A stretch of DNA of 64,000 nt from Fimbriosthenelais zetlandica (Eukaryota): NCBI GenBank assembly GCA_977030845.1, contig OZ365114.1:26040001-26104000 (forward strand), written 5' to 3'. Under the pieces are notes generated by a model. The model had not been told where the DNA came from. It saw only the letters and a list, made by a program, of their open reading frames with translations, and did no database searches. Made by a program: the position numbers and the translations under genes. Shown here in pieces: positions 56,133-64,000 of this stretch (position 1 is the stretch's first letter; each line of letters starts with the position of its first letter).

Positions 56133-57069
56133 TGACATAGGATGTATATGTCATTTTGTGGAAATGGGCACGTGATACCTGAAGGGGATGATGGCTGCCT
56201 GGCCCCTCCTCCGCCGGGTCAACTCAATGCCACCTGCTTCTATAGAGGTTATTTATTTGTTTGAATATAATGGTCCATGCACACAACAATAAAACGTGCA
56301 CTGTTTACCTACCAATCGAGAGGAAAACTTGAGAATACTTCCAAGCACTTCTTTCAAAGACTTGTCAATTCCTTCATAATTCATTTGTAAAGTTACTCAC
56401 TTGTTTTAATGAAAGATAAATAACTAGTAAGTCCCCGTTGAACCGGGGAGTCTGACATGAAAGAAACAGGCCTTGTAATGAGAAAAATGCATAAAATTGT
56501 GATTTGTATTTGGCTCATGCAACAGACTGCAGTTCTTCTTCAGTCATCCAACTCGTGACATTGCAAGAAGAATAATTATTCGCCTCTTTGAAACTTTGCA
56601 TGCCTTAAATACAAGTATTCAAAAACTCAGCTGGCGACTGTCAGACACTTTGCCACATTTTGTAAGGCTGCAATATTTCATAGAAAACTTAACTCTTCTC
56701 CAAAGTATTCCCTATCGCATATAAAATACTTCAGGTAAGGACTTTGACACCAGACAAGGGGATGAACACGTCCTCACAATGTACTTAGGTAGCTTTCCTC
56801 CTCTCTGTTGAAACCTGCTGTGACTTTTTCATGATTCTGGCTGTGATGACACTATAGTCTATAGGCTCACTTTCTGTGAAGTTGTCTCACATGACAAAAT
56901 CGATTCAGATACACATCATTTCGGTCCGGTTCAGACTGGAAAAAGCAAAGAGAAAGAATTGATTACCATTATCAAACCACCTACAATTGGCAGCCACTCA
57001 GACGGTGGGGTTTGGAGGAGGGACGAATCCGATCCTCGAGGCTAAGCCAGCCATGTGAGCATGGCCTGT

Positions 57070-57170
57070 GCAGAGGAACCGGAAACAAATTATGTCACAT
57101 TAAACGTCGCGGACGACACTGTAGTGACAACTGCATCTCGCGAGATGTCGAAACGATTGCTTCCGGTTTG
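57070..57170. promoter_or_regulatory. CGCG-element (TCTCGCGAGA) promoter-like site flanked by oppositely oriented ETS motifs
   Basis: Palindrome CATCTCGCGAGATG at 57134-57147; ACCGGAAA at ~57078 and CTTCCGGT at 57160-57167; CpG-rich. Confidence 0.5.
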
Positions 57171-58798
57171 GTGCACACAAATTGTTGTCACATGATCCTG
57201 CCTCTCAAATCCGATTTGAATAATGAAATTCACGCACATGTATTGCCTTTCATGCAACTGGTGTGGGACTAGTCAGAAGGAATATTGTCCGAGTCATCTG
57301 CCTCTCCCTCGAGGTTTCTAACTTGTTGGGTATCAGGATGGCATCGGCTTGTACTAATAAACATGAGACCAGATGGCTATATCATTTTCTTGTGGAGATG
57401 CGGAAGAGTTCCCCCTTTACTAACGACAGAATGTAACATTTTTGGTAAATTTAGACTTATTAGGAACTGCGCAACCGTAAGAAGGATTGCACTCTCTTGT
57501 CTGTATCCATTTCGATCGCTGCTGTATATTTTTGTGGAAGCATCATCTATGTGTCCTCCTTCCATCTTATCCCTGATCGACAACTACATCTGCTCAGTGC
57601 TCCTTTGCTCACCATGCCTCAATAAATTCCTTGGCAGATCCTGAAACCAGCCACTGATTTGTTTTGTTCAAGACAAGAAAGCTAATCTTCTCTGGTTATG
57701 ATGATGGATGGCAGCAGGCGTTGCTATAGTGAGGCAATTGGAGCTGGGGGTGGGCTGCTTGTAATGGCGCCGTTGTTCACATCTTTGAGTTAAGACAGTA
57801 TTGGTGGGAGATCAAAATTCAGTGCCTGCTGTCAGGCTCGGCGACACTGCTGCCATACACCTCATTGATCAACCCTTCAATCCCCCTACTGTCATCCGCC
57901 TTATCCTCACTCACAACTCCTGCCACCTTTCAAAATGATCGATCTCCTTAAAAACCCTTGCGACCAGGCGGTGATCCACCACCCAGCAGTCGTTGTCCCG
58001 GCAGCGATTTTCATGACAAAGGTGAAGCACATTGGTGAATCCCCGAGTGAACCGGAGAGGGACGCGAGGAGGGATCATTTGGATCCTCCACTGCCTACTT
58101 AGAATGACCCGGTGTCATTTTCTGTGGTTGAATGGCTCATCCAGCGTGCAGGTCTGTATGGATGGCATTCAGGGCAATGCTTCAAATGCTGCACCATTGT
58201 GAAGGCCAGCAATAGGTGTACTAGTTGGCACCTTCCTGACCAACATGACAAGTGGGGGCATTTCATTAAGGCTGCCACCACCTCTAATTGTGGCCCTCCA
58301 GTCCGTGAGCTACTCACGGGGGGCAATTAATAACTCCCGGTCACCAGCCTCGTCCCGGCTCCCGATCCTTAAGGTGCCATCCCGATCAGCCCACTCTAAG
58401 AGGTATGACGTCCTTGTGGTGCTTTAGGTCACTACTAAGGGCCCCTGAGAAGCCCTTGAAGGGCTTTCATGAAAACAGGAGCAAATAGCCCTCAGGTGTC
58501 CATAAAACCTACCAGCCAATGGTGTTCTTATATGAAAAGGGCCTGGAGGACTTAAGGACCTTGGACCAAACACTGAAGCGTGGTAGTGGTGGTAGTGGTC
58601 ACGGTATAGGTGACAATGTGGTGGTCACTTTGACCTAACCACCATTATTCCGCCTAATATTGGACGATATTAATGAACAGGGATCAAGATCTGAAGGTTT
58701 TATTGAGAGCATTCTGCCATTTTCTATCGGCCAGCTCTGTTATATTCCTCCCAATATACATAGTACTCCCGTGTCATGCTCTCTCCCTCCATTTACAG

Positions 58799-58956
58799 TT
58801 TCCTCGTCTAAGACCTTGCCACCAACCTCAAGTGCCAGCTGCCATGATCCTCGTCACATGACCCAGACAGTCGTACCTTTTCCTACCTCCTTCAGAGGAG
58901 AGCTGCCGCCTTTTGTACCTCCACCGGCAGGAGAGTTCCACCAAAGACATGAGAGA
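58799..58956 (+). CDS. Candidate internal coding exon, Ser/Pro-rich, host unknown
   Basis: Acceptor CTCTCTCCCTCCATTTACAG| and donor AGA|GTAAGC; 158 nt, open only when entered in phase 1 (SSSKTLPPTSSASCHDPRHMTQTVVPFPTSFRGELPPFVPPPAGEFHQRHER). It lies within the longest ORF of the window (58660-59109). No recognisable domain. Confidence 0.25.
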
Positions 58957-60336
58957 GTAAGCTGGAGGTGTCATCTTCTTGAACTATTGACTGGCGGAGA
59001 TAAAGGTTCTCCTCTCCCACCCTCCCTTCACGTTATACACTGGAGGAGGCGAAGTCCTCATATTGGTTTATTGAATGCTGAAGTAACCCAAGAGGAAAAT
59101 CATACATGAAAATCCCTCTCAGCTCTTTAGGTCCTACCACATTTCCCCCACAGGGGTTGAGCCGATATCAGCATGTAAATTTTCCCATGCCATTTGCTAA
59201 CAGTTGTCGGTATTGACAGATTCAGACTGCAATAGCTCGATACAGCTGGTGACATTTCTTTGAATCTATTAGACTACTGTTAGTCCTATTTAACAATGCT
59301 GTATGGCGTATTTTTCATTGACTAAATCCATGTTGATAATCTGTGAGTGAGTTCATGATGTTTGGGAGCTAGTCCTTTGTTCTCCTGCTTGCTCGTCTTC
59401 AGCACGGACTATCTCCTCGCCCGCATCTTAGAGCTACTCTTTAGCGACCCCAAAACCTGCAAAAATCGATTAACTGCGCCCATTCTTCCAATTAGAGATC
59501 AAAACACCCACCAACACCCTCCCTGTGTAAACATTTAAAAGGTGATATTTCTTCAAAGGCCCGTATTGGAGGCCCCATTTTAGCACAGCCTGGGGGTGCC
59601 AGTATTTGTCTACATCCAAGTTATGCCTGGAGGGAGTGTGTAGAAAGGGGGGAATAGTCGGCTGGGGAGAAAAGCGGGGCATGAGTGGACCCCCTGGAGG
59701 CCCAGAGAACAGATGTGTGTCCATAATCCACTCTAATCTCTGGATAATCAGGATATCATCTCCCCTGCCTATCCTTCATTGTCTCGTCACGCTCTGGTCC
59801 CCATCACATCCCGATCAAATCACCGATTAACATTGTTTTAACCCTAAAGCCTCTTTGTTTTAAAAAGAGCAAACCCTCAAAATAATCCACATCTTTTAGA
59901 ATTCCATTTGGATTTAAAAATGCAAAAACGGCCCAGATATGATTCTGATTTGATTTTGGATGAGGACAGGGAATAGATGTGGATTGTAATGTGATATCTC
60001 TTAGGCAATTGTGTGCCTTTTTGCAGCCGCAATTGCTCTTAATGAGAGAAATCTTCAACTGCCTATTATAGGAATGTCCCTTCTGAATACCTTCGCAGTT
60101 TGGGCTGTGATTGTCAACCGTGCGCTTAATGGCAATGTCATTGGCCAGCTGTCCGCCTATTGTGAGACCCCTCGGCGATGATATCACCAGCCTTTCTGAT
60201 TCATCCTTTTGTTACCTATTGTTCCCGGGGTGTCACTTTCTGATGCATGGTGAGTTTATCTTAATCTGCGAGAAAAAGGCAGCCCTCGCCCGAGGAAATT
60301 AATGGTGCGCTAAATCTGAAATTCAAACCGCAATAT

Positions 60337-60386
60337 TGACAGTGGATGTTGACAGTGGCGGCCACTTTGTGTCACATATCTGACAG
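60337..60386 (+). promoter_or_regulatory. Triple TGACAG (Meis/TGIF-type) site cluster in a CpG-retaining, enhancer-like block
   Basis: TGACAG at 60337, 60350 and 60381; the first two sit in a direct TTGACAGTGG repeat. Upstream 59960-60330 has several ATTGT (Sox-type) and TAAT sites. Confidence 0.35.
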
Positions 60387-63300
60387 CCAGGCGCAGTGAT
60401 CACCCCCTGATAGGCAATGAAACATGACTAGTGGAGAGAGATGCCATTGGACTGTGATTACAAGTAGGCAAAATAAACACCGCCACTCTAATAGATTCTG
60501 TTATGATATGATTTGGAAAGTCAGTGATTGACATATACCCATGAATCTCTCCATCCAAGCAATAGGCAACTGTAATATTTGAGGATATCAAAGCAATTTG
60601 ACGGAGAAAGCCCGGGATAATATACATACACATACAATTCCCAATGCTAAATCCTAGTCAGGGATTCTCTGTTTGCTTCTAAGTCCACCTCTTCCAGCTT
60701 CACAATGCCCTAACACAGACACCGGATATTACCTGATTTTTTTCCTTTCCAAGATAAACTTACATATTGAAGTCGAGTTGGCTAAGTATTGTAAACGTTG
60801 ACAATATGAGTTCGTTTTGACTTCATAGGTGTCAATAGAGATGGTACTGGGACAGAGAATACTTGAAATGGATCTTCTGTTCAGATTTTTATGCAAGAGA
60901 TTCTTGGGGAGCTGTCCATCAAAATAGTCATGTCAGCATTTCCCTATGCCTTGGTTTGGCTGAAAATTGCAGGGCAATTCACTTAAATATATTGAGAGAG
61001 CATATGCTTACTTTGGACAGTGAAATTGACATTTTAAAGCCTGGACCGTCCTTGGGTGTGCTGTGTCTCTGGAGTTCTAGGCTGGTGATGCTGAAATATA
61101 CATCTTTGAGGTGTTGACCTGGCTGTATGTATGTAGTAAATAATACATCAGTCAAGCCTTTCTCACGTTAAAACAGCCAGTGGACCTTCTGGCAGAGACA
61201 TATTGCTTTCCTCTGTAACCTTGGTACATACTTTCAAGAATTACCTGCAAGAATTGTCAATTTTTTTGCCAGGTTTTGCATTAAGGAAGCTAATGCATGA
61301 TGTCCAATACTAAATGTTTGAATGGATCATATTGCATACCATATCTCATAAGAAAATTGAAGCTATAAAGCCCTTTGATATAAGTCATGAACATCAAGTA
61401 GCACAGGGAGCCCTGGCTTTGTTGGGCAGTCATATATAGCTATATATGCTCTGAGGTGGGATTAGCACAATTAAATCCCAGAGGAAGAGGCTAATTTCAC
61501 ATACTACTAGGTGGCAAGCATGTGGGAGCTGTATAGAATACTCTCCTGTCCTCAGTCCCTATTGCGGATCACTCACTAAGCGGCCATAACCACAGGGGAA
61601 TATAAACTTGTAAGAGAATGATTTGCTAAGCAGGGTGGCCCCTGAATGAGCCCATGCGTGAATCCCTTGACAAAAGTCAGGATGGCGTTGGTTGTGACAT
61701 TTGATCGAAAAGCGTGAAAATTGAGATCTATAATTTGACATGGATTCTTTTTCACCACTTGTGTCCATAGATGCATCAATTTTGTATAGCATATTTTTTG
61801 TTTTTCGACTTGATTTACTACAAAAACACTTGACAATTTCAATTTAAAACATGTATTCGTCAACCAAATCGTTGTTTCCGGAACATTTTAGTATAGTACG
61901 TTTAAGGAAAGCCTCCTCTTTTGTCCCCCGCCCTGGCGTCGCCTAATCCAGTTGTGCTTACTCAACACGTGCATGCCGTCTTTTTTATTGCAACCTGACA
62001 ATTAGTCACTAATTCAATGGTGAAAACTAAGACTGTTTATTATCATGTTTTTTGTCTATTGCCGTTGTTGATGTACCGCTAACGCGACCAGAGATTTCTA
62101 AAAGCATTTTGATGGACACCCTCCTCTCTCCATGAATTAAGACGATGCTTTCGAAGCTGGATATGATTATTTTCTCTTCTCATTTACTTTTCGCTTGACA
62201 TTTCCGCGATTTATCTGAATAACAATGCAAAGTTATGTGCATAACTTAGTATGCTAGCGGGATTTGCATTTATTCCTGTCGCTTTGCAGCAATATTTCTT
62301 TGATAACGCAACTAGATTACGTCACTCCCAATGCGCACCCGTTTATCGGCGACGTGATGATGATGCGATTTGGGGATAATAAATCTGCGACACCTTTCCT
62401 GGTGTCACGTCGCGGATTCACCGGTGACAGTCCTGGATTGAAGGGTTGTTATCACACTGACACGCTCTCTTCAAGCTTTGTTATTCACCACTGACATGTG
62501 GCAGCTTGTTCATTGAAGACATCACCAGTTCTCTCCCCGAGGCAAGCTCCATATAAAAGCTACTGTATCGATGTATTCAGTGCTCTGTGTTATGCTGTGG
62601 GGGCCTTTAATAAGCCCAAAAACACAGGCTAGCCAGGTGTTTCACTAGCATCCTACCACTTAACCTTTCCTGGCACTCTGACAATTGTCTGTGGTGATTA
62701 TTTTGGTAAACAATTCCAGACTCGTTGCAATGAAGGTAATTAGGGCTTGTTGAATGCTTGTTAAGTCGGGAAGTCATTTCCATGGAATACATGTATAGAC
62801 TGGGGATGTAGGTCAATGAATATTGTAATGACGATTCCTATCTCCATACATTCATGCTTCAGTGAACTGCATGTTATACAGTTACACTTAATTTACCATG
62901 AAATAGGACTAGGTTTCAGTCTGCTGTACTTGGACTTATAAAACTGTTCTGAAATTGTTCTTCAGGGTTGCAGCCTTAACCCAAGAATGAAAGGCGTTGC
63001 ATGAATTGATTGCTTCCCCTTGGCACTTGTCATTGTGAACATTAGGAGATTCATGAGCGTTGGTGGGGTCTATGAGAGAGTAATATATTTCAGGTAACTG
63101 TGGTATGAATGAGGCTCACCTTTGGGCGTGGAATGATGGCGGTATGGAGGGTGTCATAGCTGTAGACCTATCAGACCATGACATAGTCTATAGGTCCGAT
63201 CAATCAGTAACCACCGCCACAACATCATTAAAAGTGACGATATGTCACTGCCTGCTCTCCCACCCAACCAACCTCAACTCTCGCTGCTCTCCATAGATAA

Positions 63301-64000
63301 GAATTCAATTAGGCGCGATGCTATCGCTACTACAGCCTGCCACTACTAACTCTGCTAGCACTACCACTATTGCTATGATCAAGCTTATCTCTCACTCTCT
63401 CTGTCAATTCAAACTGCACTCAGATGCTATCCACCACTCCCCTATCCATTGTATTATTTGGATTCTTTATGTTCTCTCTTATAGGAGGAATAAGCGAGGT
63501 CCTTTAAGTTATTTCCAAGAGTGAACACTCCCAGATCTATGTATTCAACCGCTGAATGCCCTGCTTCTTGTGCAGATTAAAAATTGCAGACTTGACTTTT
63601 TCTAAACCTTGGTCATGTCTTTGCAGAGATACCAGAACTGAGAAGTTAATTTAAAGATCCCTCATTTGTCTTGTATGCAGTCGTGTTGTGTCGCCAACAC
63701 AATTGCCTGTGTGTGATCGATTGTTTAAAACACCAAAGTGGCCCCTGTTTAAAAACCAATCTTACTTGTTATCTATTTTAACCAAGTTGGGCCTGGTATT
63801 TCCCAAGGCAGTGATAAGGGAATTGGACGTCTCCCACTTGAAAACTTTTTAGGAAAGTAACACCTTGAGGGCCTTTCCAAGTCAACAAGACACACTGCCA
63901 TTTCGATTTGGGTCTTTGTTTTAGCACAGTTTTCCTTGATGACAAAACGCACCGTTTTCCAAATAGTTGTTTTCCTCATGTCATCTGATCAAGCAGAAGA

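Noticed and set aside
56625-56645. CTCAGCTGGCGACTGT resembling miR-216; also partial miR-137-like (~46398) and miR-183-like (~4305) strings
   Set aside because: Seed regions mismatch and no precursor hairpin is evident.
56725-56741. CTTCAG|GTAAGG as a recursive site or exon end
   Set aside because: The upstream sequence is A-rich with no pyrimidine tract; the only nearby acceptor is a weak AAG.
63080-63100. ATATTTCAG|GTAACT as a recursive site
   Set aside because: Poor polypyrimidine tract, weak regenerated donor and no clear downstream donor.
269-63979. The supplied six-frame ORFs as stand-alone genes
   Set aside because: All are <=149 aa, overlap in several frames, have compositions typical of non-coding DNA and contain no recognisable domain (no homeobox WFQNRR, no RT or transposase catalytic motifs found).

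Overview
This is a eukaryotic (animal) genomic window, by eye about 40% GC. I found no recognisable full-length protein-coding gene, no rRNA/tRNA gene, no CRISPR array and no intact transposon ORF; the six-frame ORFs are all short (<=149 aa) and none matches a family I recognise. It reads as non-coding developmental-gene territory: AT-rich, repeat-derived stretches alternate with CpG-retaining patches dense in transcription-factor motifs (ETS, NRF1, YY1, CCAAT, CGCG element, CTCF-like, Meis, AGGTCA arrays). Recurring TAGGCCTA and AGAGTAAAA/TTTTACTCT motifs suggest an invertebrate deuterostome such as an echinoderm (inference only). The strongest signal is on the + strand: two polypyrimidine-TAG|GTAAGT junctions (29944/29945 and 54818/54819), 24.9 kb apart. 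Each is followed exactly 54 nt later by a 5' splice site, and each 54-nt segment is stop-free only in phase 0. This is the architecture of recursive-splicing (ratchet) sites with RS-exons and resembles Ubx-type resplicing microexons. It implies that much of the window lies inside one very long + strand intron whose host gene is mostly outside the window. A weaker third junction at 6189 would continue the ~24 kb spacing, and there is one plausible coding-exon candidate at 58799-58956.
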